54,747 bases of DNA, taken from the IMG/VR virus record IMGVR_UViG_3300037071_003643, positions 1-54,747 of that record; one strand, 5' to 3'. Position 1 is the stretch's first letter; every line of letters begins with the position of its first letter. This document shows positions 10,364 through 20,275 of the stretch, one piece after another. Source of the stretch: a virus (Duplodnaviria > Caudoviricetes). A program made the position numbers and the translations under genes. Below the pieces are notes generated by a model, which saw only the letters and a list, made by a program, of their open reading frames with translations, was not told the DNA's origin and ran no database searches.

Positions 10364-10369
10364 GGCCAG

Positions 10370-10573
10370 ATGGGCAAGTGGAAGGAGACGGTCGGCGAAG
10401 GCTTCGGTACCGGGCGTCACAAGGGTGAGAAGCGCGAGCACCCCGTCACAGACGAACGGGACGGTACGGTCGGCGGTAAGCACGTCGAGCACTGGGATGG
10501 TCGGCAGGACGCGATCGTTCAGGTCAAGCCGGTGAACGCGAAGTCCAAGACACAAGGAGATGAGAACGCATGA
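10370..10573 (+). CDS. Hypothetical protein
   Basis: AAGGAG RBS; ATGA coupling to next gene. Confidence 0.6.
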   Translation: MGKWKETVGEGFGTGRHKGEKREHPVTDERDGTVGGKHVEHWDGRQDAIVQVKPVNAKSKTQGDENA

Positions 10574-11007
10574 CGATGGCCTCCGGGCTCTACGTGGTCA
10601 CCTGGCGGGACGCAACCGACACGTCGGACGCGGTGCTGAACCTGCTGCTGTCCACGAATAAGGTGGACCTCTACACCGACACCAAGACACCCAACTTCGA
10701 TACCGACGCGGCGTATAGCTCGACGAACGAGCTAGCGACGACGGGCGGCTACACGCAGGACAGCAAGACGGTCGGCGGCACGCCGACGTATGCGCTCGGG
10801 AACGCGGGGCAGCTCAAGTACAGCTGGTCGGCTTCGGTCGATTGGACGTCGGCGACGTTCACGGCTCGCGGGATGATCCTGCACACTGCAGCGGCCAACC
10901 TCCCGTTCTGCGCGGTCACCTTCGGCGCGGACTACACCGCCACCAACGGCACCTTCTCGGTGACGGCTCACGCCAACGGGATCTTCGTCATCGACCTGGT
11001 TCCCTGA
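10570..11007 (+). CDS. Putative virion structural protein
   Basis: Beta-rich (NELATTGGYT, WTSATFTARG, TATNGTFSV); late operon context. Confidence 0.6.
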   Translation: MTMASGLYVVTWRDATDTSDAVLNLLLSTNKVDLYTDTKTPNFDTDAAYSSTNELATTGGYTQDSKTVGGTPTYALGNAGQLKYSWSASVDWTSATFTARGMILHTAAANLPFCAVTFGADYTATNGTFSVTAHANGIFVIDLVP

Positions 11008-11019
11008 TAGGAGCAGCGC

Positions 11020-12531
11020 GTGGCTATCGAGTTCGTTGAGATCGCGAACCCCGGAGGAGACCCGGACCCATACGTCGTCGCGGTGGATCGTGGTGCTGAC
11101 GGCGACATGCAGCTGTTCAAGCTCGCGTACTCCGCAGACGGCGTCGAGACGCTGGTCCCGGCGACCGCGAACGGGCTTCACGTCATCATCCAGGGCTCCG
11201 ACCTCATCCAGGAGGGCAACGAGCTAGTCATCCAGGGCAGTGTGGACATCAGCAGCGGCATCGTCCAGGTGAACGGCTACGAGGTGGACGGCAGCACCTT
11301 CACGCCGAACGCCTCGAAGGTCTTGCAGGTCGGCGGAGCCTACGAGTCCACGCCGAGCACCGTGCCCGATAACGACCTCGGCGTGGCGGGGATCACGTCC
11401 ACCCGGGAGTGGAAAGCCAGCGACGCCGGGACCCATACCAAGCTCGACACCCTGCACTCGGACGTGGACGGGCTCGAAGCGAAGCTGGACACCATCATCG
11501 CCTCGATGTCGGTGATCGACGACTGGGACGCCTCGGACCGCGCGATGGTCAACCCCATCGTGGGTCAGGCGGGGATCGCCGCAGGGACCGGAGTAGACGG
11601 CGCGACCGTACCTCGCATGACTCTCGCGACGAACGTAGGTCTCCCGGCCGGAACGAACAACATCGGCGACGTGGACGTCCTGACCCTGCCGGCGCTGCCG
11701 ACGGGGACGAACAACATCGGCGACGTGGACGTGCTCACCGTACCCGCCGACCCGTTCGGCGCGAACGCCGACGCTGCCGTAGCCGCGGGCGCGACGGGTT
11801 CGATCCAGGCGAAGCTGCGCAGGATCAGCTCCGATCTCGACGCGGTCAAGACTTCGGTCGAGGCGATGGACGACTGGGACGAGACGAACCGCGCCGCGGT
11901 CAACCCCATCTCGGGTCAGGCTGGCGTCGCTGCGGGTGCCGGCGCTGTGAGCGCGACCGTTCAGCGCGTCACTCACGCCTCGGACGATCCGGTCACGACG
12001 TCGGTCCAGCTCATCGACGATGTGATCGCGACCGACGACACCACGACCCACACCCCCGCGACGACCAAGGCAGCCAACGTCGCCTTCGTCGCCGACGACA
12101 CCAGCACCGATTCCGTGGACGAGGGCGACATCGGCATGGCGCGGATGACGCTCAGTCGTATGCAGATCACGACCCTGCGCCCGGACGCTACGGGTGAGGG
12201 CCTCACGCCGATCATCAACCTCGATATCGACGAGAGCGAAGATGACATCAAGACCAGCCCGGGCAAGGTCTACGGTTGGGACCTCTACAACCTCGCGACG
12301 TCGAACCGATACGTGCGCATCTACAACGCGACCGCGGCGAACACCACGGTCGGCTCGACCGCGGCTCTCTGCTTCATCCCGATGCCACCCGGCGCGAAGG
12401 TCAACATCGAGTTCACTAACGGGATCAAGTTCGACACGGCGATCTGCATCGCGGCCACGACCGGATTCGCGGCGAACGATACCGGCGCGCCTGGGACCAA
12501 CGAGGTCATGGGAACGGTCTACTACCAGTAG
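11020..12531 (+). CDS. Putative virion fibre/decoration protein with internal repeats
   Basis: Duplicated DDWD.{2}.RA.VNPI.GQAG.AAG and GTNNIGDVDVLT segments; C-terminal beta domain. Confidence 0.6.
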   Translation: MAIEFVEIANPGGDPDPYVVAVDRGADGDMQLFKLAYSADGVETLVPATANGLHVIIQGSDLIQEGNELVIQGSVDISSGIVQVNGYEVDGSTFTPNASKVLQVGGAYESTPSTVPDNDLGVAGITSTREWKASDAGTHTKLDTLHSDVDGLEAKLDTIIASMSVIDDWDASDRAMVNPIVGQAGIAAGTGVDGATVPRMTLATNVGLPAGTNNIGDVDVLTLPALPTGTNNIGDVDVLTVPADPFGANADAAVAAGATGSIQAKLRRISSDLDAVKTSVEAMDDWDETNRAAVNPISGQAGVAAGAGAVSATVQRVTHASDDPVTTSVQLIDDVIATDDTTTHTPATTKAANVAFVADDTSTDSVDEGDIGMARMTLSRMQITTLRPDATGEGLTPIINLDIDESEDDIKTSPGKVYGWDLYNLATSNRYVRIYNATAANTTVGSTAALCFIPMPPGAKVNIEFTNGIKFDTAICIAATTGFAANDTGAPGTNEVMGTVYYQ

Positions 12532-12540
12532 GAGGCCGTC

Positions 12541-13233
12541 GTGACGATCCGAGCTACCAACATCGCGGCGGCAGGTAGCACGTCGAACGTCGCCGCTGCT
12601 TCCAGCTACTCCGTGGGATCGCAGCAGCCGCTACCGCGCCGGCTGTACCTGCTGGCCGTTCAGCTCTCGCAGGGCACGACGACGGTCAAGCCGACGATCA
12701 ACCACACGGGCTTCACCTGGGACGACGTGACGAACGTAGGGTCGGGCAACGACCAGATGTGGATCTTCCGGTGTATGCCCAACACGCTCATCTCGGCAGC
12801 TACGCTCGACATCACGATGAACACGTCTACGCACACCGGGTGCAACTACTCGCTGGACGAGTTCGACAACGTGTGGCTCGGCGGGACGAACGGCGCCGAA
12901 GCGATCATCCAGACCACGACGGGCTCGGCTGCTTCGGGGACCGCGTCGGACCTAACGGACCTGGCGGCGTTCAAGAACCCGAATAACCTCGGGTACGTCG
13001 CCGCCTACCACCGCGCGGCCGAGGCCACGAACGGGACTGCTGACTCGGTGACGATCCTGAACGGGACCGGCACCAGCTACTCGACGCCGACAGTTGCTCT
13101 CGGGGTCGGGGTCAAGCTGAACGATGTCGACCCGGTCCTCGGGTGGACGACCTCGGCGACCTGGCGCGCGGCCGGGATCGAGATCAGGGCCGCGGCTCGT
13201 GAGCTCGCGATCGCGGGAGCAGGTCGGCAGTGA
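12541..13233 (+). CDS. Putative virion protein related to the repeated N-terminal domains of 21735-26225
   Basis: GGTNGAEAIIQT versus GANGANAIRN/GTNGANAIRN; terminal WRAAGIEIR versus WGAVIIELK. Confidence 0.6.
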   Translation: MTIRATNIAAAGSTSNVAAASSYSVGSQQPLPRRLYLLAVQLSQGTTTVKPTINHTGFTWDDVTNVGSGNDQMWIFRCMPNTLISAATLDITMNTSTHTGCNYSLDEFDNVWLGGTNGAEAIIQTTTGSAASGTASDLTDLAAFKNPNNLGYVAAYHRAAEATNGTADSVTILNGTGTSYSTPTVALGVGVKLNDVDPVLGWTTSATWRAAGIEIRAAARELAIAGAGRQ

Positions 13234-14852
13234 GCCTCCTCCTGCTACTACGCCCGAAGGCGGCCGGCGGCGACGTCGCGATCACCACCACGACGGTCAA
13301 CGCGACGACCGCCGTAGCCTCGCCGACGACGACCGCTGCGGCGGCGATCGCGACGACGACGGTCAATGGCACCACCGCGATCGCGACTCCGTCCGTGACC
13401 GCTGCTGGACGTCCGACCACGACCACGGTCAACGCCACCACGGCGGTCGCCACGCCGAGTATCAGCGCTGGCGTCTCGATCACGCGGGGAGACGTTCAGG
13501 CCACCACGACCATCCCATCGCCGACCAAGACGGCCGGCGCGTCCGTGACGACGACCACGGTCAACGCGGTCGTGACGATCCCGACGCCTAACATGGCGAG
13601 CAACATCGCGATCACGACGACGACGGTCAACGCCGTCACGTCGGTCGCGACGCCGACCACGACGGCGGGGGCCCGAGCTCCGCCTAACGAGGTCGCCGCC
13701 TTTGCGGCGATCGCGACGCCCGCTATCACCACCAGCGCGTCGGTCACGACGACGACGGTCAACGCGACTACTGCGGTCGATACGCCTACGGTCGTCGTCT
13801 CGGGCGACGTCAATATCACGACTGCTACGGTCGTCGCGGTCGCTTCGATCCCCACACCGACCGTCTCGGCGCAGCAGTTCGTTGCGCTCACGACCACTAC
13901 GGTCAACGCGACGACCGCGATCCCTACTCCGAGCGTCGCCGCTTCGGCGTCGGTCACCACGACCACGATCAACGCGGTCGTCTCGGTCCCGACTCCGACC
14001 GTCACGGCGGTCCGCAACGTCGCGATCACGACGGCGACCGTCTCGACGACTACGGCGGTCGCATCCCCGAGCATCAGCGCGGGCGTCACGCGAACGCCTA
14101 CGACGGTCTCCGCAACCACGGCGATCGCGACGCCGACGACGACCGCGCGAGCGAACGTCACCACCACGACGGTCAACGCGGTTACGACGATCGCCACGCC
14201 GAGTATCTCGGCCGGTATCTCGGTCACGCCGACCACGGTCAATGCGACCACGGCGGTCGCTACTCCGGTCGTCACGGCAGCGGGCCGTCCGACGACGACG
14301 ACGGTCAACGCGACGGTCTCGATCTCGACCCCGACGGTCGCGGCACAGCAGAACCCGGTCGTCACACCGACGACGGTCCTTGCGGTCGCGAGCGTCCCGA
14401 CGCCGACCGTATTCGCGGTGTCGAACGTCTCCATCACGACCTCGACGGTCGCCGCTACAACGAGCATCCCCGGCGCGAGCGTTACGGCGTCGGTAGACGT
14501 GGTGCCGACGACCATCGCCGCTTCGGTCTCGATCGATGCGCCGGACGTCTACGTCACGCAGAACGTCGATATCGAGACCGCGACGGTCGAGGCGTTCGTC
14601 ATCGTCGATGGTGTCGTCGTCGTCACGACCGTCGCGAATCCCGGCTATCCGGTGGATGGCGCGAACGTCACGGTCCTCCCGTCCGGAAACGATGCGGTCG
14701 TGGACGGTAGCTCGGGTCGAACGGCGGCGAGCGTCGAGAACGGAGCTCCGAACGACGCGCTGACGACCAGCGGCGCTGCTCGATCGAGCGTCGATTCGAG
14801 CGGCAGTCCGAATGAAGCCGAGCGGAGGTACACGTGGCAGACTTCTGGATAA
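13230..14852 (+). CDS. Thr/Ala/Val-rich mucin-like repeat protein
   Basis: Many tandem ~22-27 aa units of type TTTTVNATTAVATPSISAG. Confidence 0.75.
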   Translation: MSLLLLLRPKAAGGDVAITTTTVNATTAVASPTTTAAAAIATTTVNGTTAIATPSVTAAGRPTTTTVNATTAVATPSISAGVSITRGDVQATTTIPSPTKTAGASVTTTTVNAVVTIPTPNMASNIAITTTTVNAVTSVATPTTTAGARAPPNEVAAFAAIATPAITTSASVTTTTVNATTAVDTPTVVVSGDVNITTATVVAVASIPTPTVSAQQFVALTTTTVNATTAIPTPSVAASASVTTTTINAVVSVPTPTVTAVRNVAITTATVSTTTAVASPSISAGVTRTPTTVSATTAIATPTTTARANVTTTTVNAVTTIATPSISAGISVTPTTVNATTAVATPVVTAAGRPTTTTVNATVSISTPTVAAQQNPVVTPTTVLAVASVPTPTVFAVSNVSITTSTVAATTSIPGASVTASVDVVPTTIAASVSIDAPDVYVTQNVDIETATVEAFVIVDGVVVVTTVANPGYPVDGANVTVLPSGNDAVVDGSSGRTAASVENGAPNDALTTSGAARSSVDSSGSPNEAERRYTWQTSG

Positions 14853-15196
14853 AGCAGGGGGATAGCAGCCCCAGCTACCGAGCGACCCTCCGCGACGGTG
14901 ACGGCAACGCGGTCGATATCGCTGGAGCAGATGTCAGGTTCCTCATGCGTAGGCAGCGCGGCACGCTCCTCGTCGTCGATGCTGAGGCAGATATCGACCA
15001 GGACGTAGACGGCGACGACGCTCCTATCAACATCGGCCAGGTCCACTACGACTGGCAGGTAGGCGACACCGACGAGGAGGGCGGGTTCCTCGTCGAGTTC
15101 GAGGTCACGTTCGAGGGTAGCCTCATCGAGACGTTCCCGAACGACGGTTACCTCACGGTCGCGATCCTGGAGGACCTGGAGGCCGATGCATCGTGA
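14834..15196 (+). CDS. BppU N-terminal-like virion protein
   Basis: IKQGDSSPSYRATLRDGDGNAVDIAGADVRF...VHYDW...ETFPNDGY. Confidence 0.7.
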   Translation: MADFWIKQGDSSPSYRATLRDGDGNAVDIAGADVRFLMRRQRGTLLVVDAEADIDQDVDGDDAPINIGQVHYDWQVGDTDEEGGFLVEFEVTFEGSLIETFPNDGYLTVAILEDLEADAS

Positions 15197-15528
15197 GCCT
15201 CGAGGGCATGATGACCTACGAGGTTCGCGTCCTGAAGCGTGTCGCCGGTGCCGAAGATCGCTACGGCGTCGAGACCGTCTCGTGGACGACCGGCTCGACG
15301 ATCAACGCATGGGTACAGCAGGACCCGCGAGGTCGTGAGTACCTGCAGGGACGCGAGACGATCATGGCAGACTGGCTGATCCTCCTGCCGGTCGATACCG
15401 ACGTGGATGCCTACGATCGCATCTCGTACGACGGGATGACGCTCGAGGTTATCTCGAAGCCCCCGCCGGCGCCGACGCCGCGCGGAGATAATCACCTGGA
15501 GCTGCACGCTCGACTCTTGGAGGGATAG
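15193..15528 (+). CDS. Head closure (stopper) protein
   Basis: EDRYG, DRISYDGMTLEVIS, HLELH; position. Confidence 0.78.
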   Translation: MSLEGMMTYEVRVLKRVAGAEDRYGVETVSWTTGSTINAWVQQDPRGREYLQGRETIMADWLILLPVDTDVDAYDRISYDGMTLEVISKPPPAPTPRGDNHLELHARLLEG

Positions 15529-15825
15529 ATGCCAGCAGGCTACGTCTACACGAGGAACCCGTTCCTGCGTCCTCAGGTCCAGGCGAGCGCCGAGCTGCAC
15601 GCGGCCGTCAATACGCTCACGAACCGTATCTCGACGAGAGCGAAGGCGCTAGCACCGTTCCGTACAGGTGACCTGAAAGATTCGATAGGGCCGTCCATGA
15701 TCGGCCCCGCCGTAGGACAGGTCCTCGCAGACATCCGATACGCGGCCTATGTCGAGTACGGTACGGGCGACACGCCCTCGCAGCCGTACATGCGGCCCGC
15801 CGCAGACGAGTTCGGTCTCGGATGA
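15529..15825 (+). CDS. HK97 gp10-like neck protein
   Basis: APFRTGDLKDSI, YAAYVEYGT, QPYMRPA. Confidence 0.85.
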   Translation: MPAGYVYTRNPFLRPQVQASAELHAAVNTLTNRISTRAKALAPFRTGDLKDSIGPSMIGPAVGQVLADIRYAAYVEYGTGDTPSQPYMRPAADEFGLG

Positions 15826-16247
15826 GCGACCTCATCTACGTCCTACCCGACACCGAATCCATCTGTGTGTACTACCTGAAGCACCACGACGACGTACTCG
15901 CGCTCATCCCCGCGACAGCGATCGCGGCCGAGCTACCGCCGAGAAACTCGACGCTCTTCCTCCAGGTCGTACTGGACGGCGGAGTGGTCCCGGTGGAACG
16001 TCGTCTCGTTGCGGCCCGAGTTCGGATCGAGAGCTGGGGAGGCACGAGAGAGGACGCACGCGACCTCTGCGCGACCGCGCATGCCGCACTCGTGGAGATG
16101 GCAGGTGTCCAGCTCCCCGATAACGACGTGGTGACGGCAGTCCTGACGCTCACCGCGCCGCGCAAGTTCGAGGACATCGAGAACGATCGACCTCGGTACC
16201 AAGCCGAGGTTCGGGTCTACTCGCATCCCGGCGAGTCCGTGTCCTGA
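15822..16247 (+). CDS. Tail terminator
   Basis: VRIESWGGTREDARDL, RPRYQ; precedes major tail gene. Confidence 0.75.
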   Translation: MSDLIYVLPDTESICVYYLKHHDDVLALIPATAIAAELPPRNSTLFLQVVLDGGVVPVERRLVAARVRIESWGGTREDARDLCATAHAALVEMAGVQLPDNDVVTAVLTLTAPRKFEDIENDRPRYQAEVRVYSHPGESVS

Positions 16248-16306
16248 CTCCAAGCGTCGATCGCGACCGCGATCAGAGATAGGGGCGACCGCCCCAAGGA
16301 GGCATC

Positions 16307-16888
16307 ATGGCTGGGAACGATACCGGCGAGATCGTCATCGCCCTGGATGGACGGTTCTGGGCCGCGCCCTACGGCGCCGATCTCCCAGACCAGGCGGACT
16401 TCGATACGGGCGTCGGCTCCATCGACGCCGACTACATCGAGCTGGGGTACTTCGACGAGAACGGCGTCACGATCGGGCGCGCGCGCACGATCAACGACGT
16501 TCCTCTCTGGCAGTCGAAGTATCCCGGACGTCGTACCGTCGCGACCGAGGACCTGACGCTCGCGGGCGCGCTGCGCCAGTGGAACGATCAGAACTTCAGC
16601 TTTGCCTTCGGTGGAGGCGAGACGACCGACAGCGGGGGCGTGTACATGTACAGCCCGCCGTCCGAGTCGGAGATCATCGAATCAACGGTGATCCTGGAGT
16701 GGATGGACGGCACGCGGAGCTACAGGCTCGTCGTGCCGAAGGGGATGGTGACCGAGACGGCCGACGTGAACCTGGTGCGTACGGACGCGGCAAACCTCGG
16801 CTTCACCTTCGGGATCACGCCAGACGGGACCAACCTCCCGTTCTACCTGCTCTCAGACGATCCCTCGTTCGATCCGGCGACGTCGTAA
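16307..16888 (+). CDS. Major tail tube protein
   Basis: LGYFDENGVT, WQSKYPGR; AAGGAGG RBS. Confidence 0.85.
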   Translation: MAGNDTGEIVIALDGRFWAAPYGADLPDQADFDTGVGSIDADYIELGYFDENGVTIGRARTINDVPLWQSKYPGRRTVATEDLTLAGALRQWNDQNFSFAFGGGETTDSGGVYMYSPPSESEIIESTVILEWMDGTRSYRLVVPKGMVTETADVNLVRTDAANLGFTFGITPDGTNLPFYLLSDDPSFDPATS

Positions 16889-16914
16889 TCGACGTCCGAT
16901 AGGGGAGAAACCAG

Positions 16915-17286
16915 ATGCCAAAGCTCGACCTCGACGCCGCCCGGGCGGAGGTCTCAGGTGATCCTGTCGTCGTCACTGTCGGCGGGAAAGACTGGACCTT
17001 GCTCGGGCGGCCTACGCTTGCCCTCAGCGACGCGCTCGACAAGGGCGATACCGTCGGCGCTGTCCGTCGGTTGCTCGGTGATCAGTTCGATGAGTTCGCC
17101 GAAGTCGCGACGATCGACGATATCCAGCACCTGTTCGAGGGCTGGGAGGTTCTCTACGGAGCAACGGTGGGGGAATCCGAAGCCTCGGACGGCTCATCCA
17201 CGAACGGTTCGGGGCGCTCGAAGCAGACTTCCAGCGCTCGTACGGGATCGACCTCGGCGAAGCGCTCTGGGGCGAAGCGCCGCTGA
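16915..17286 (+). CDS. Tail assembly chaperone (gpG-like)
   Basis: Between tail tube and tape measure; ...VGESEAS with slippery GGGGGAA at 17169-17175. Confidence 0.85.
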   Translation: MPKLDLDAARAEVSGDPVVVTVGGKDWTLLGRPTLALSDALDKGDTVGAVRRLLGDQFDEFAEVATIDDIQHLFEGWEVLYGATVGESEASDGSSTNGSGRSKQTSSARTGSTSAKRSGAKRR

Positions 17287-17468
17287 GCCTGCGACGCATG
17301 CTCCAGCTTGTGCGATACCTCCCGGAGGACTCACACGTGCGCGCTCTCGAAAGTGCGGCTGAGAATGTCCGGGAAGAGATAGAGACTCCGACGCGACGTA
17401 TGAGCACGCCCGCGGAGATCGCGAAGTTTGCTAGCAGCACTGGTGGGGCTATCAGGAAGGTGGGGTGA
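16915..17468 (+). CDS. Tail assembly chaperone, -1 frameshifted form (gpGT-like)
   Basis: -1 frame after GGGGGAA reads GIRSLGRLIHERFGALEADFQRSYGIDL...LVRYLPEDS to TGA 17466-17468. Confidence 0.8.
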
Positions 17469-17470
17469 GG

Positions 17471-20275
17471 ATGGCTGTCTCTGCAGGCGCATTAGTCCTT
17501 ACCGTCCACGCCGATACGACCCTGCTCCAGAAGGAGCTATCGGCAGGCATAGGTGCAGCTGGTACGGCTGCCGCGGCTACGGCCAATAAGTCGCTCACGA
17601 CGAGCCTCAAGTCCGTCGGGAGCAGGATGCAGGCCACCGGTCGCTCACTCACGAGGAACCTGACCCTCCCGATCGTCGGTCTCGGCGTCGTCGCTACCAA
17701 GTTCGCGCTCGACTATCGCTCGGCGTTCGCGCAGATCGACGCTTCGACGAACGCGAGCCAGGAACAGATCGAGGAATGGCGCAGGGGCGTTCTCTCGCTG
17801 TCGGGTCGTACGGCGCAGGCTCCGGTCGAGCTGGCTCAGGGCCTGTACATCCTCGCCTCGGCTGGTCTGCGCAACCGAGAGATATTCCCGACGCTAGCCG
17901 CTTCGGCGAAGGCTGCTGCCGCGGGCTACGGCGAGGCAGCTGATATCGCGAAGATCGCGGGCGCGGTCCTGAACGCCTACGCCGATGAAGGTCTCCACGC
18001 CGCCGACGTGACGGACATCCTCGCCGCGGCCGTGCGAGAGGGTCGAGCCGCACCGGACGAGTTCTCCGGAGCCATCGGACGTATCATCCCGATCGCGTCG
18101 AAGGCACAGGTCAGTTTCGCGCAGGTCGCCGCGTCGCTCGCGTCGGTCTCGAACATCGGTCTTGACGTGAACGAAGGCGTGACCGCCATGCGAGGTCTGT
18201 TGCGCTCGCTGACGGCCCCGACCGAAGAGACGATCGACACCCTCAAGAAGCTGGGGCTGACGGCAGGTGGAGTTCGGAAGACGCTCGCGGAAGACGGCTT
18301 GCTCGCCGCGCTCGACCTGCTCGATGAGAAGTCCAACGGAGAGATCCAGACCCTCCAGCATCTCATCCCGAACGTGCGAGCGCTGACAGGGTTCTTCGCG
18401 TTGCAGGACCAGGAGGTTCGGAAGGTGGATGGGGCGTTCGATCGCGTCATCCACTCGAAGGGAGACCTGGACGAGGCCTTCGGCGTCATCAAGAAGGACC
18501 CTCTGTTCCAGTTCAACAAGGCGCTCAATGAGCTCCGAGTCCAGGCGATCAAGCTCGGGAACGAGATCATCCCGGTCCTTACCGATACCGTTGTCCCGGC
18601 GATCCATGACGTCGCGCGCGCCTTCAACGATCTCTCGCCGGCGATGAAAGACTTCATCATCAAGGGCGCTGCGGTCGCTGCCCTCGCCGGACCGTTCATC
18701 TATCTCGCCGGATCGCTCCTGAAGATCGTGAGCGTCGGCGCTCGTGTCGCGACGGTTCTAACGGGTATCGGTACCGCAGCAGCAGGGTCTACGGGTAAGG
18801 TCGCAGGTCTCGGCGGCGCGCTCGCCAAGATCGGTTCGGGTAGCGCGCTCGCGGGTACCGCGATCGCGGGACTGACCGCTATCGGCACCGCCGGACTCGC
18901 GGGCGCTGCTATCAGCTTGAACGATCTCATCAAGTTCGATCCTAAGGAAGCCGCTAACGAGTTCGTGCCGCAGTTCCAGACTGAGACGATCCGCGCGGTC
19001 GTCGCCGAGAACACCGGTTTCTGGGACGCCTTCATGAACCCGACGAAACCTATCGGCGCCTACACGGACGATGTCGTCGCGGCTATTACCGAAGAGGCGA
19101 ACAGAGCGATCCAGAAGGGCGCCGACCCCGAGAAGGTCGCCGGTATCCTCCAGGCCAACTTCGCGGCGATCGAACGCTCGATCGGTGGCGTGAACGAGGG
19201 CACCGAGGGCGTGCGACAGGCGACACGAGATATCCTCGGGCTCGGTGGGGCAGCAGGACTGAGCGCTACCACGCTCCTCGAGGCGGGCGACGTCGCCGAC
19301 CGGTGGACCCGAATCCTGATCAACTCCGGTGACGCCGAGACGAACGCCGGGCGGAAGCTCGCGCAGCTCTTGACGGGTATCGAGCATACGAGCGACGGTC
19401 TGAACGACCTTACCGCGAATCAGGTGGAGAACCTCCTGGCGGTCGGCGATACAGCAGGCGCGCTCGCGCTGTTGCAGAAGGCATACGATCGAGCGATGAA
19501 TCGGCAGAACGACTGGACCGAGGGTACGGCGAAGGAGCGCGAGGAGACCAACAAGGCGGCGATCGCTCAGAAGGCGCATACAGGCGCGATGAATAATGCC
19601 AGCGACGCTGCTAAGAATGCCGCGCTGAAGGGCAAGAAGTACAGCGACTACATCAAGGGTCTCCCGCCGAACCTACGGAGGGTCGTCGAAGCGCAGCGCG
19701 CGGCGAGCGCGAGCGGGAATGAGGCAGCCGAGTCTGCGCGCAACGCGGGCAAGGCCATGGGCGATAGCGGGAAGCAAGCGCAGGAGGCGGGCGGGAAGGT
19801 CGTCGAGTACGGCGGGAAGCTGGATAACCTCCCTCCCGAGGTGCGTACGAAGGTGACGGCTGAGACGGGTCAAGCCAACGCGGCGATCGCAGCGTTACAG
19901 CGCAAACTCGCGATCTTGCAGCAGCAGACCTATACGGTATTCCTGAACGTCGTTCAGGGTGGCTCGGCGCCGAAGCCACCGAGTGGTCCTCCCTCGGTTC
20001 CGGGACATAAGGACGAGGCGTCTGGTACGGACGACTTCCCCGGCGGCATGGCGTACGTCGGCGAGCGCGGTCCCGAGCTGGTATTCCTGCCGCAGCACTC
20101 GAAGGTCGTCCCGCATAACGAGCTGCGTACGGTCGGCGGTCCCGAAGGTCGAGGCTCCCGGATGGTGATCCTCGAGGGCGTCGTGGACGTCGATACAGGG
20201 CGTATCCGCGCGATCGCTCGTGAAGAGGTCGATGACGATCATCGGTACCAGGCAGCGCTAGGGAGGATGCGATGA
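17471..20275 (+). CDS. Tape measure protein (TP901-like)
   Basis: GRSLTRNLTLPIVGLG, helical Ala-rich body, C-terminal ASGT...VGERGPELV. Confidence 0.92.
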   Translation: MAVSAGALVLTVHADTTLLQKELSAGIGAAGTAAAATANKSLTTSLKSVGSRMQATGRSLTRNLTLPIVGLGVVATKFALDYRSAFAQIDASTNASQEQIEEWRRGVLSLSGRTAQAPVELAQGLYILASAGLRNREIFPTLAASAKAAAAGYGEAADIAKIAGAVLNAYADEGLHAADVTDILAAAVREGRAAPDEFSGAIGRIIPIASKAQVSFAQVAASLASVSNIGLDVNEGVTAMRGLLRSLTAPTEETIDTLKKLGLTAGGVRKTLAEDGLLAALDLLDEKSNGEIQTLQHLIPNVRALTGFFALQDQEVRKVDGAFDRVIHSKGDLDEAFGVIKKDPLFQFNKALNELRVQAIKLGNEIIPVLTDTVVPAIHDVARAFNDLSPAMKDFIIKGAAVAALAGPFIYLAGSLLKIVSVGARVATVLTGIGTAAAGSTGKVAGLGGALAKIGSGSALAGTAIAGLTAIGTAGLAGAAISLNDLIKFDPKEAANEFVPQFQTETIRAVVAENTGFWDAFMNPTKPIGAYTDDVVAAITEEANRAIQKGADPEKVAGILQANFAAIERSIGGVNEGTEGVRQATRDILGLGGAAGLSATTLLEAGDVADRWTRILINSGDAETNAGRKLAQLLTGIEHTSDGLNDLTANQVENLLAVGDTAGALALLQKAYDRAMNRQNDWTEGTAKEREETNKAAIAQKAHTGAMNNASDAAKNAALKGKKYSDYIKGLPPNLRRVVEAQRAASASGNEAAESARNAGKAMGDSGKQAQEAGGKVVEYGGKLDNLPPEVRTKVTAETGQANAAIAALQRKLAILQQQTYTVFLNVVQGGSAPKPPSGPPSVPGHKDEASGTDDFPGGMAYVGERGPELVFLPQHSKVVPHNELRTVGGPEGRGSRMVILEGVVDVDTGRIRAIAREEVDDDHRYQAALGRMR

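Noticed and set aside
13496-14515. Val-rich antisense ORF
   Set aside because: Mirror of the Thr-repeat gene
16958-17362. +1 frame ORF as the chaperone extension
   Set aside because: The -1 frame carries the recognisable motif and fits the slippery site
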